Positions 46,161-58,055 are shown, counted from the stretch's first letter. The stretch is 64,000 bases of DNA from Chrysomallon squamiferum (GCA_012295275.1 CM022674.1:3844001-3908000); one strand, 5' to 3'. Notes: generated by a model from the sequence alone, not told the origin. Made by a program: numbers and translations.

Positions 46161-46405
46161 TCAGCCGAAAAATCCGAAGCGGGTGCGGTACATGTAGTGC
46201 TGCACCATGGTGTAGTTGAGGTGAAGGTCGGGACAAGAGATGCAGGCTGAGCACATGGCGATTGCTTGGCAGGAACGATAACCGTTGCACTGTGGATTCC
46301 TTATGTCAATGCCGTATCCGGAAACGGTTGGGTACGTATAGCGAGCAATGCAAAATGGCGGGCACGCGGGTGTCATTTTTGTAATTTCTTCGTCTTTGCA
46401 TGTTT
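46161..46405 (-). CDS. Small secreted Cys-rich protein, terminal exon variant A
   Basis: tttcag acceptor in phase 1, 245 nt, 8 Cys. TCKDEEITKMTPACPPFC...MYRTRFGFFG*. AATAAA (-) near 46085-46090. Confidence 0.85.
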
Positions 46406-47311
46406 CTGAAATTAACAAAATATTACACTGGCGTCGACGGTATCGTTTTTGTTGGTCTCTGAATACAACTACGTAGCATTCTTAATTTAATATCTCGCGA
46501 ATATGCTAATTAGTTCAACCATTAGGCAACGTTATTTTGAGGTCATTATTAATTTGGAAGAAAGTCGTTAAGGCGATAGTGTTTTTCTGAGGGTTTTTTT
46601 TGTCATTGGGGAAAAAAATGTAAATTGCTTTTAATTTATTCGACAAAGAAATTTCAATTGTACAATGTTTTAAGATATCTGTATGTAATTTAAATAAGTA
46701 ACATTAACTAATTGTTTTGAATTCACGTTGTAATGTAGATTTTAATGTTGTAACAATTATATATATGGTCAGGAATTATCAATTTGTGTCTACAGATTTC
46801 TTATCCTCAAACATTTTCTATATTTATTTATTTATTTGTTGTTGTTGTTATTATTATAAATTTCTCATTTTTAGAATTATACTTTTTAAACTACAGTAAC
46901 GTCTTTGGAATTACGATTTTAGAACGTTGATGAACGTTAAGTAAAAAAACAAAAAACATTTTAGAAAATTTACAGTTTCGATAAATTTATAATAAATCTA
47001 ACTGAAAACAAAATGAAATGACTGGTGCTTTCCAAATATATTCAAGAATATATTTAATTCATTTTACTGGATTGGTAGACACACACAGAAAAGAGTGACC
47101 GACTTGTACTTAAAATAATGACCAAATTTTTTTTTATATATATAAATAATATAATTAAGTATGACTTAATTGGGTGCATATACAGAGGGAGAGAGAGAGA
47201 AAATATAATGTTCATATTATGCAATATTTAGACTCTCGGAGATATACACTGTCTCATTTTATATGTTAGAATATGTATATATTAATTTTTACATGACTGA
47301 CTAATACTCAC

Positions 47312-47426
47312 GGCAACCTGGATCCTGGCAGTAGGCGTAAATCACGGGTCTTTGGTAGTAGCTGTTGTAGTACTGGGCTCTGGCCACGCCCAAAAGAACT
47401 ACAAGGAGAAGAATGGCTACCTTCAT
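47312..47426 (-). CDS. Small secreted Cys/Tyr-rich protein, shared first exon (nested antisense gene)
   Basis: Signal peptide MKVAILLLVVLLGVARA followed by QYYNSYYQRPVIYAYCQDPGC. C|gtgagt donor in phase 1; TATATAAA upstream at 47505-47512. Confidence 0.85.
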
Positions 47427-47504
47427 TTTTCTCGTTCTTCTGCTTCCACTGACACTGTTGCAAGAGGTGGTGATGACGATGCTTTGTCGACGGAACAGTT
47501 GTCG

Positions 47505-47690
47505 TTTATATAGCACTTGAAAACCGTTCATTCATGTGTAGCTGTGGTTTAAAGCACGCGCTGGATTCGGAAAACAAACACAGACACGTGACACACCTGT
47601 TGCCGCCGAACCGAACAGATGTATGACGTCACTACAGGCGCGCCTCTTTGCGTTGAAGGTGGGGGGGAGGCGTTGTGTGTCACGTGACTA
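47505..47690 (-). promoter_or_regulatory. Proximal promoter of the Cys-rich gene
   Basis: TATATAAA at 47505-47512, CACGTG near 47586, TGACGTCA at 47624 and GTCACGTGAC at 47679 in a GC/CpG-rich patch. Confidence 0.65.
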
Positions 47691-48180
47691 ACAGGCTGCT
47701 CGCATCTGTTGATTACGTCTGTGGCTGTTGACTGTATATTACAGTTTTTATTTTATTTGATTTCATTTTGTTTTATTTTATTGTATTTTATTTTTATTAC
47801 ATTATTGTTGCTGCTGTTGTTTTTTTTCGGGAATAATATTCAGAACGAAATATTGTTTATCTCTTCTGATTTTACTCAAGGCTTGAAAATTATTATTATT
47901 ATTATTTTTTTAAAATCATTTTGTAATTTATGTATGTGATTGTTTATTTAATGATGCACGCGTGCTCTTATGCATACATACACGCGTCTTTTTTGTGTCT
48001 GTCTGTCTGTCGATATGGACGTTTTACATGCGTTAAAAACTGTTATATATATATATATATATTGATATGAGTGTCTTTAGGTAAGTATGAATGTGTACAT
48101 ACGCACAACGCATATGTATACACACATGTACATTTATACATACGCACACGTCTTCAATTTATTTATTTATATTTTTACAG

Positions 48181-48275
48181 CGTTTGCCCAGATGTTGACG
48201 CAAATTCAGACTATGAGGGAACAAACCAGAGCCATGGAAAGACAAGCTGAAACTGCCGGAGCTGCAGGAGTATGA
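48181..48275 (+). CDS. Secreted reeler-like protein, probable last exon
   Basis: tttttacag acceptor in phase 1. Encodes TFAQMLTQIQTMREQTRAMERQAETAGAAGV*, giving 230 and 231 aa isoforms. Confidence 0.65.
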
Positions 48276-48873
48276 AAAACAAAAAAGTTTGCCAGCCACA
48301 GCGAAACTATGACAGCAAAATTTTAATTGTAACAATTCAGGGAAGACGTCTGCTGCTGACGTTGTTGTTGACGTCTGCAAAGCAACATCAGTGTTGTCGT
48401 ATAATCATCGACATGTCGATTTATTTGTGAATAAGAAATCTGTACTCGACTATTATTACTGTTATTATTATTGTTGTTGTTATTATTACTATTATTATTA
48501 TTATTATTACTATTATTATTATTATTACTATTACTATTATTATTACTATTATTATTATTATTACTATTACTATTATTATTACTATTATTATTATGTATTA
48601 AGTGGGTTTTGGTTAATAATATTATTGTGAGAGTTATTTCCTTGTCATTTTTTATAATAGGGATAAGGCAGAAGTTACAATAAAAAAAAATAAAGGTAAA
48701 TATGGTTTTAATAGAAAACATGTTTTTTGTTTCTGTTTTGTTTTAACAACAACGACGACAACGAAAACAAGAACAACAACTAGACGTAACAACGACAGTA
48801 ACAACAACGAAAATGACGACGAGGACAAAAACTGTAGCAACAAGAACAACAACAGTAACAATAATAATAAAAC

Positions 48874-48910
<37 letters not shown>

Positions 48911-49275
48911 CATGATTGTGAGTCATATGGAATTGATTTTATTTAAAATAAAGCTTTGTTCAGAATACCATATCTGTATAATAAATAAATAAATAAATAA
49001 ATAATCATAAATAACCATTTTGAAGATTTCCAACAGGAAACCACCCTCTGCTTGATCTCTACTCCAAAAATGACGATGTAAACGTATTGATTATAAATCT
49101 AGGCTTAACTAAAAACAAAACGACTAATTCTTTTATATGGACTATTATGTGTTGTTGCTAAGTAAATTACAATAAAAGACAACGTCATAATTAAACTTTA
49201 TCTTACGTCATTACAAATAAACAATTTGAATCCGATATTTCTGCTCTTTTTTCCCTGAAAGTCATGGCTCTTGAA

Positions 49276-49306
<31 letters not shown>

Positions 49307-50165
49307 ATTTTTTTTTTTTTTTTGAATTTACAAACTTAATAAGTAAGTAAGTAAGTAAGTAAGTAAATAAATAAATAAATAAATACTGTATATTTAAATA
49401 AATAGAAAGAAGGAAAGAAGATCTCTACAAAAACAATGACGTCATTAAATATTTGTTGTGCTTATGTCCAAATGCAAGTTTTCTTTAAACCAAATACAGC
49501 AGGTCTTGTAGTTATTTTCATGTTAACAGAGAGAACGATGTGTGTGTGTATGCGTGTGTGTGTGTGTGTGTGTGTGTGTGCAAAACTTCAGACACACATA
49601 CATACATACAAAGACTTTCATAATATACAGAAAAATAATAAAGTTTCAACTGATAGAAAAAATTAACATTATGAGTTCAAGGATTCTACATAGTTTGTAT
49701 ACAGACAATACACTTTTACACTCATCAAACCATCTACCTATTGATTAAAACACTGACGTCCTATATTACTTTTACATAATTATTTGTTTAGTCTGTATGT
49801 ATTTGTTTTCATCTGGAGGTGAGAAAACTGAATCTGGTATTTGCTTTCTGGAGGTGGTGAAACGCTTCAGTATCCAGTATAGAGTCGAGAAACTTGGGTT
49901 GTAACAACGCGAACAAATGTAAGTTTGTTAAATTCGAGAAAGAGAGGTTTATAACGTTGTTATGAACTCTTAGTTAGTTTTGTACCGTATTTTGATTACG
50001 GACCCGATTTCGTTAGTTATTAGTTTCAATTCAAGATGCTTAACCATTGCAAAATGATGTAATGAGGCTGTCATTTGTGTGACGTCATGTCGTTGGTGTA
50101 AAAACAAATATTTTTTTTTATGAAAAATTTATTTATTTCTTCTTCTTCATTTTCATCAACATCTT

Positions 50166-50196
<31 letters not shown>

Positions 50197-50429
50197 TTAT
50201 TATTATTATTTTTAGCTTCTGTACATGTTTATTCATGGTTAATTCTTCTTGTTGGTATATTATATTTCTTAGTACGAAATGACATGAATAATAAGTTTAA
50301 CTGAGAAATTCCAATTAAAAAAAGCAACAAAAATAAATAAATAAATACATGCTTTCTGTTCGTTCTACGACATCAGTAGTTTAGATTCTGGCAGAAAGTA
50401 CAGTTTATCAGTAGAAAAAACAACGCAAA

Positions 50430-50792
50430 ACAATATTTTTTAGAATATATAATTTATTTGTGATAAAGGAAGATTACGTCACTACTCTAGATTGTTTTAG
50501 AATACATAATTTATCAAAGATAAAACAAAAAGTAAGATTACGTCACCATTATAGATTGACTTAGAACATAAACGCAATTTATTAGAAAAACTATCAGATG
50601 ACGTCACTGGTCTAGATATTGTTTTGGAATGCGAAATTTAGCATTGGAGATAATAACTTTACGTCACTAGTCAGAACTATTTACAATAAATAATATACCA
50701 ATGGGAACAACAGTATGACGTCATTTGTCTAAATTGTTTTTGAACATATATTGTTTACTAATGGAAATAATAATATGACGTAACTAGTCTAG
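50430..50792. repeat. Degenerate array of about 60 bp with an ACGTCA core, 3' of hyaluronidase A
   Basis: Cores at 50476, 50540, 50601, 50661, 50718 and 50778. Confidence 0.75.
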
Positions 50793-51280
50793 TCAGGTTT
50801 AGAACAACGTGGTCCTCTCCATCCTGGTAAACAACGACAAACATAATTCCTAAACGGCTTCATGCTAGTGTGTTGTGTTGTGTCATCTTCATTCCTGAAA
50901 TCCTCATTTCTCGAATATTCGATATCTTCCTTTGCTTTCGTCCGGCCAAATTCGAATATTTCCGTCGGCATATTTCGTATGTCTTGGACGAATTCCGTCA
51001 AAGGTTTTCTGCACGCCGATTGGTTGTTTTCGAAAAGGTGTTTCTGCGTCATGGCTTCGTAGTCTTTACGTACGCACCTACCGTGACCGCTGCAGCGATG
51101 TAGGTAACACGACGTCATGAATTCCGATAGCGTTTTGGCAAAAGGACCAAGAAGTTGTTTGATGTATGCCTGCAAGTTGCGGCATTCGTTTGGGAGGCGG
51201 AACCAGGAAGAACTGCCCCACAAAACAACACCCGATGCGCCCATATCAGCGGCTTCTTTGATGGCGATAGAGAGATCGTC
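50789..51280 (-). CDS. HYAL: Hyaluronidase copy A, exon 5 (GASGVVLWG and HyalEGF-like domain)
   Basis: DLSIAIKEAADMGASGVVLWGS...CSGHGRC...CRCLPGWRGPRC*. Total CDS 1377 nt, 458 aa. Confidence 0.95.
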   Translation of the reverse strand, partial: DDLSIAIKEAADMGASGVVLWGSSSWFRLPNECRNLQAYIKQLLGPFAKTLSEFMTSCYLHRCSGHGRCVRKDYEAMTQKHLFENNQSACRKPLTEFVQDIRNMPTEIFEFGRTKAKEDIEYSRNEDFRNEDDTTQHTSMKPFRNYVCRCLPGWRGPRCSKPD

Positions 51281-51446
51281 CTTAATTAAAATGTAACGAA
51301 ATCATCATTACAAATGTAAAAATATTCCATTTTGGTACTACGTCTACAGTTACACAACAACAACAACAACAACAACAAATACTACTACTACTACTACTAC
51401 TACTACTATTACTGCTGCTGCTGCTGATACCTACTACTACTACTAT

Positions 51447-51480
<34 letters not shown>

Positions 51481-51514
51481 GCTACTACTACTACTACTAT
51501 TACTACTACTACTA

Positions 51515-51551
<37 letters not shown>

Positions 51552-51979
51552 TAACCCTACTAGTATTGTTCTGCCACTTCTATTACTGCTACTATACTGT
51601 TACTACGACTACTACTATGCTACTACTGTTAATATACTACTACTACTAATGGTAATAATACGAATACTGCTGCTACTACTAGTATACTATTACTACTGCT
51701 ACTACTCCTACCACAACTGTTAGTAATGTACTATTATCATAACTACTTTTATTACTGTTCTTTACAACAACAGCTACTACTGCCACTGCTATTACTAATC
51801 CCACTATTTCCACTAATTCTCATTTAGAACCACTATTACAAGCACCACCACTACTATTTCTACTTCTAAAACAACAACAACTACTACAGCTAGATACTAA
51901 AAGTACTAATGACTATGCAGATAACAACAACAACGATAATGATGACGTCGATGACATTAAATTACAGTTAAATGTTTAC

Positions 51980-52178
51980 CTCGTTGAAGAAGTATTTGCC
52001 TCTCTGACACATTGTGTACGGCATAATTGGTCGGCTAAGATCGGCAAACTTCGCCTGAACTCGAAGTGTTTCGTTAATTTGTTCTCGGACGGACTCCCAA
52101 CGGTATTTCAATGGCTGACGTGGATCTGTGTAGATCCTTGGAAACAACGCTGTACTGTCCTTGAACATCCACCCAATT
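51980..52178 (-). CDS. HYAL: Hyaluronidase copy A, exon 4
   Basis: IGWMFKDSTALFPRIY...ETLRV; 199 nt with canonical splice sites. Confidence 0.93.
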
Positions 52179-52203
52179 CTACAAAAAAAAAATAATAAAT
52201 AAA

Positions 52204-52235
<32 letters not shown>

Positions 52236-52459
52236 TAATAATAAATAATAATAAATAAATAAAATAATAATAATAATAATAATACAGAAAAAAAATAATA
52301 TTAATAATACAAATAAATAAATAAAAATAAATAAATAAATTAATTAATAAATTAATTAATTAAAAAATTAAAAATTTCAAATAAATCAATGAGAATAAAT
52401 ATATATATTTTTAGAGATAAAATAATAATTATTATTTATATACGTGTTTTTAGTGTCTC

Positions 52460-52490
<31 letters not shown>

Positions 52491-52596
52491 GAGTGCGCGC
52501 GCGCGCGTGTGTGTAATTTATACATACATATATACATGTACAGATTTACAGTCTACTTGGTAGATGTCAACAACAGTTCCACACAGAACCACTTAC

Positions 52597-52740
52597 TCGT
52601 CGTTGGCGATGGAGGTTGCAGGGTAACCACAAGTCAGACGACTCTTTGAAACTCCGAAGCACTTCGGGAAACCATAGTAACCCCACCTTCCCCTGGGGCG
52701 TAGAGCTCTCGCCTCTCGGAGCGTCCCGTCCATGAACAGC
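52597..52740 (-). CDS. HYAL: Hyaluronidase copy A, exon 3
   Basis: LFMDGTLREARALRPRGRWGYYGFPKC...AND; 144 nt, phase 2-2. Confidence 0.93.
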
Positions 52741-52849
52741 CTGTTAGAAGACAACGTCACAGTGACATCACGTGATGTGGCTTTTGCCTGGTGCAGTGCA
52801 GTACATAACAAACATGGAAGCAAGCAAGGAGAACATTATCCATATATAT

Positions 52850-52890
<41 letters not shown>

Positions 52891-53198
52891 TGTGTGTTTA
52901 TCTCTCTATATACTCTATCCCTCTAAATACACACATAGAAAAATACGTTTGTACGTATATATACAAAGATGCAGATGTATGTACGTACGTATATGCATAC
53001 CTACCTATATACATACCTACATAAACACACACATACACAGTAATATACATATATACGTAAATACATATATACATGCATACACCCAAACACACACACACCC
53101 ATGCGCACATACATATATACATATACATACATTATAGACATAGATACATACACACACATATATAGTTATAGAAATTAAATTAAATTTCTAATACTTAA

Positions 53199-53446
53199 CT
53201 TGCGGCTATTTGGAACTCTCTCGTAGCCTCTGCCCAAATCCGAGATTTGTTCGTCCATGTTGGGTATCTGGCCTTAACCAAGTCTACCGACTTTCGCTGG
53301 TAGATAGCCAGCGAATCAAAGTTGAAATCGAAATATGGCCGCCATGACTCGAAATCTATAACCGCGAGGCCATCGAAATCTTTCTCAGGAATGGTGGATT
53401 GTGTGTCTGCTTCAACCTTCTGAAAATGCTTACGTTTGTCGGCAAC
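53199..53446 (-). CDS. HYAL: Hyaluronidase copy A, exon 2 (catalytic DxE)
   Basis: FDGLAVIDFESWRP. The 3' boundary needs a non-canonical AG|TTAAGT donor to stay in frame. Confidence 0.93.
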
Positions 53447-53857
53447 CTTTGAAAATAAATATACAAGATATATAACTAGAAAGATGAGCGGAATTTGAGA
53501 AAAATGTATGTATAGGGACACATTGGTTCAGGGTGTCAAAGAGGTGAATCAGTATAACGACAAAGACCAATTTCTTATCCAAAAAAAAAAAAAAAAAAAA
53601 AAGTAGTTTTTTTAAATCTATTTTATCTGTAAGACAAACAGATCATAAATCATGTTGTTTTCTTATGGTTTATCCCGAATTTCCCCTTTGTTTGCCCGAA
53701 TATTTTGCTGCCTGTTACCCAAATAAGTAATGCGAAGGAATATTGAAAGATAAAGTGTAGACAGATATTTATAGAAAGTGAAAAATGAAAGAAAGAAAAA
53801 CACATAGAAGATACACAGACAGTTTTAAAATAATGATTAATAGGGAAAAGTAATGAA

Positions 53858-53965
<108 letters not shown>

Positions 53966-54107
53966 ATGCACACGCATACACGTGTGTGTGTGTTTATGTG
54001 TGCGTGTAGTCCCGACTAGCTATGGTGATTCAACAGTAACATATCTTAATCAGTAAATAAAATATATCGATCGAAAAATTGTATTTTCCTAAGATTTACA
54101 AAAATAC

Positions 54108-54401
54108 CTGAGGTATCCCTCCATTATGTGCAACATACTCTGTTCCTTTCTTCGTAAAATACGGCCAGTCTCCAATATTGTAGAATAGCGTCATGTTAAT
54201 TCCAGTAAATCGGCCACCTTTGTTTTCCACAATGTCCCAGTTGCTCAGATTCAATCCGCCGCAACTTGCAGATGGTTCGTTCCATACGACGACGAACGGT
54301 TTGTCCGCTTGTAAAAACGGGGCGGTACACCCTCTAGAATTTTCTCGACCAAGACCTTGAGTCGAGATGGCGGAAGCGAGTAAAAGCAACAAACGAAACA
54401 T
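54108..54401 (-). CDS. HYAL: Hyaluronidase (GH56) copy A, exon 1
   Basis: Signal peptide, then PFVVVWNEPS, TLFY and NGGIPQ; CAG|gt donor. Confidence 0.95.
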
Positions 54402-54747
54402 TGCGAATCGAACGAAGTGCAGGTAGTCTTTAAAAGAAAAAAAACCTAAGAAATTAGTTAAATAACTTTATCAAAAAGTTGCCTCTGTTTAGTGAAAGAC
54501 TGTGGATACGTCCTATTTACTTTTAACCCACAGTCTCTACGTCCGCTTTTTTGGCAAGTCACGTGATTTATAAATTTAACACTTCGGCGGGTGCATTGAT
54601 TAATCCAGACGACAAAAGTGATATGCGCATACTTACAGTCTCTCGACTGGTATTCTGGTCGTCTTATTATTTTTTTTTTTTTTTTTCACAAACGGTTGAA
54701 ATTCACGCGTAACAGGTTAAGCCTGCGACAAGGGAAAATAGCAGTAT

Positions 54748-54783
<36 letters not shown>

Positions 54784-54893
54784 ATATATCTGTATATCTG
54801 AGTCAGTTAGATAAACTTACCTATCGGCATTTCTGTCTGTATACTTATCTGTGTGTATATTTGTTTATTTGTCTTTGTAAACACGACTGTCTT

Positions 54894-54952
<59 letters not shown>

Positions 54953-55097
54953 CCTGTATTTCTATATTTTGTTAGCTATTTGCAGTTACATATCTTTCTT
55001 CACAAGCATGTATAATAAATGCAATGGGTAACCATTTTAAAATAAATAAATATTAAAATTTAAAAATAAAAGTAAATAAATAAATTAATAATAATAA

Positions 55098-55141
<44 letters not shown>

Positions 55142-55711
55142 GAAGAAGAAGAAGAAGAAGAAGAATTATAATCAAGTGAATGAATGAATAATACAAGGTA
55201 GAATGGGCCAGGTCAACTTGAACCACCCCGACTGTTATAGCTGGAGTGTTACTATATCTACTTTGACATCTACTACTACTGATACTATAATAACTACAAC
55301 CACCACTACACCACAACAACAACAACTACAACTACTACTACTACTATTACAACACTTACAACTTATCGTTATTGTTGTTGTTGAATTTATTTATTACATA
55401 GTTTTGTTTTGAATGTTATTATCTTTATTATCGTTACATATCACTTCGACACTGGTAATTATCTACTCGGCTTGACTCAATCAAATATCAAAGTTCGCCG
55501 TCATTACACATCATTTAAACAGCTCTAGAGGAAAACGAAATAATATTGCAGACGACATTTAATACATCTCGGGTTTGTGACGACAACTTTGAATAATAAT
55601 AAAAAATAATATTTAAAAAAAAAAAAAAAATAATAATAATAATCTTCCAGAGACACTCAGGAACAAGTTATCAGGTTTCTGAAAAACGACGCTACATTTT
55701 CTTATCTGGAA
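54402..55711. promoter_or_regulatory. Divergent intergenic/promoter region between hyaluronidases A and B
   Basis: ATGs face away from each other, 1.3 kb apart. GTCACGTGA at 54558, next to TTTATAAA. Confidence 0.5.
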
Positions 55712-56008
55712 ATGTTTCGTTTTCTGCTTCTGTTTTCCTTCGTCTCTTGTTCGTTTCAGAGCAGAAGGAATTCGTCAGGGTGCACCGCCCCGTTTTTACA
55801 AGCGAACAAACCGTTCGTTGTCGTGTGGAACGAACCGTCTGCAAGTTGCCACGGACTAAACCTCACCGACTGGGGCATTGTGGAAAACAAAGATGGCCGC
55901 TTTGCGGGAATGAAGTTGACGATCTTCTATGAATCTAATTTTGGAGACTGGCCTCACCTGATTAAGAGAGAAACGCATTATGTGCCTCATAATGGAGGCA
56001 TTCCTCAG
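55712..56008 (+). CDS. HYAL: Hyaluronidase copy B, exon 1
   Basis: Signal peptide, PFVVVWNEPS and NGGIPQ|gt; paralogous to copy A. Confidence 0.93.
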
Positions 56009-56468
56009 GTATAATATATATATAGATTAATATATTAATTGTTTAGTCTTTGTACGTACTATCTGTCTGTCATAATGGAGACATTCCTCAGGTATGTATA
56101 TATATATGTGTGTGTGTGTGTGTGTATTAACATATTAATTGTATCGAAGACTGTGTACCTTCTATCTGTCTGTCTATCTATCTATCTATCTATCTGTATC
56201 TGTTTTTTCTGGAGTGTTTTCATGCTTATATTACTTTCCTTCAGCTTCTCTCTCCCTCTCAGTCTCTGTCTGTCAGTCACTCTGTTTGTCAGTCACTCTG
56301 TTTGTCAGTCACTCTGTCTGTCAGTCACTCTGTCTAGCCGTCTGTCGCTTTGTCTAATTTGTATATCTCTTTCTTTTTTTTCTTTTCTTTTTTCACTTTT
56401 CTCTCAGATTTCGTCTCTCTATCTCTTTCTCGTATTATATATTATCACCCGTACCTTTAATTTCAAAG

Positions 56469-56716
56469 GCTGGCGACTTAAAAGAACACTTAAGGAAGGC
56501 GCAAGAAGATGTCACAAGACATATTCCTGAGAAAGATTTCGATGGTCTCGGAGTCGTAGATTTCGAGTCATGGCGGCCATATTTCGATTTCAACTTTGCT
56601 TCGCTGGCTATCTACCAAAGAAAGTCAGTAGACTTGGTCAAGGCCGAACACCCAGACTGGACGAACAAAACGCGTATTTGGAACCGGGCCAAGAAAGATT
56701 TCCAAAGAGCAGCAAG
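56469..56716 (+). CDS. HYAL: Hyaluronidase copy B, exon 2 (catalytic DxE)
   Basis: FDGLGVVDFESWRP; 248 nt as in copy A; same AG|TTAAGT boundary. Confidence 0.92.
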
Positions 56717-57069
56717 TTAAGTATTTGAAACTTAAATTAAATTTGCGCTTATGTGTATACAGAACGCATTGTGGATTGTTACTATTGTTACTTAAACTGT
56801 TTGTTCGTTCTATCATTTATTTATTTATTTATTTATTTATTTAATCACTGTTTGTTTATTTTTTGTTTTGTAATCTTAAGTTATTTGTTTGGTTTGCTCC
56901 TATATCTACGTTAAACTTTACTATGTTAAATAACACATCAAGAATGTAATGTAAATTACTCTATACTACACAGTGTACTAAATAAAACTACTACATTACA
57001 CTACAAGTAATATTCCGCATTACTTTACACTGTACTACATAACACAAAAACATATACATTCACTCAGTA

Positions 57070-57560
57070 GACTGAATACACTACACTACATTATACCTCA
57101 CTACACTTCACCTCACTACACTTCACCTCACTACACTACACCTCACTATACTACAATACGCCAGACTACACAATATTACTTAACAGTGAAAAACACTACA
57201 CTATACTACATTGCACTATACTACAGTACACTACACTACATACATTACACTACACTATGCTACACTATGCTACACTACACTACACTACACCACACTGTAC
57301 TGTACTGAACTATATTACATTGTACTGCATAACACTGAACTACAAACTACACTTCATTACATTACACTACACTACATCACATTACACTACACTACACTAC
57401 ACTACACTACACTACACTACACTACACTACACTACACTACACTACACTACACTACACTACACTACACTACACTGTATTGTACTGTACTGAACTACATTAC
57501 ACTGTACTGCATAACACTAAACTACAAACTACACTACACTACACTACACTACACTACACT
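57070..57560. repeat. (ACTAC)n pentanucleotide array in hyaluronidase B intron 2
   Basis: Perfect run of actac at about 57385-57470 with degenerate flanks. Confidence 0.95.
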
Positions 57561-57666
57561 GCATCATACCAAACCGAACCATACCATAGTACACCGCACT
57601 ACAGACACATTTATTTTTAAAGTTTAGCCATTTCACGCTGTTCCACATACGTTACGCTTTTAACAG

Positions 57667-57810
57667 ACAGTTCATGGGCGGAACTCTGAAAGAAGTAAAA
57701 TCTCTACGTCCACAAGGAAGATGGGGTTACTATGGTTTCCCGAGGTGCTTCGGAGTTTCAAAGAGTCGTCTGACTTGTGCTTACCCTGCAACCTCCATCG
57801 CCAACGACAA
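57667..57810 (+). CDS. HYAL: Hyaluronidase copy B, exon 3
   Basis: QFMGGTLKEVKSLRPQGRWGYYGFPRC; 144 nt. Confidence 0.92.
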
Positions 57811-57871
57811 GTAAGTAGTGTCAGATAATACTGTTCACATCAATAACCTGTAAATGCATATCTGTCTCTTA

Positions 57872-58055
57872 TACAGAGTGTCCCGTAAATTTCTATACGT
57901 ATGGTTTCATCTCAAGCAAAGTATCACCAACGCCATTACAAGCATAACTCCAGCTGTGCTTGAACGTGTTCTTCAGCAGCGGAGGACACGCACTGAAATG
58001 AGTTTTCAACATAATGGCAGACATGTAGAGCACATTATATAAATAAAAACGTTTA
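57872..58055 (+). mobile_element. Internally deleted Tc1/mariner-superfamily remnant in hyaluronidase B intron 3
   Basis: TA followed by CAGAGTGTCCCGTAAA (TIR-like end), then a transposase-like C-terminus LKQSITNAITSITPAVLERV...NGRHVEHII*. Confidence 0.7.

Noticed and set aside
50430-50792. CRISPR-like appearance of the core-plus-variable arrays here and at 60200-60855
   Set aside because: Eukaryotic context, degenerate repeats, spacers related to one another, and no cas genes.
52741-53200. U12-type (AT-AC) explanation for the odd hyaluronidase intron 2
   Set aside because: Sliding the junction gives an AC end, but there is no ATATCCTT/GTATCCTT 5' motif.
57211-57627. 138-aa HYTTL repeat ORF
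   Set aside because: Translation of an intronic (ACTAC)n pentanucleotide array.
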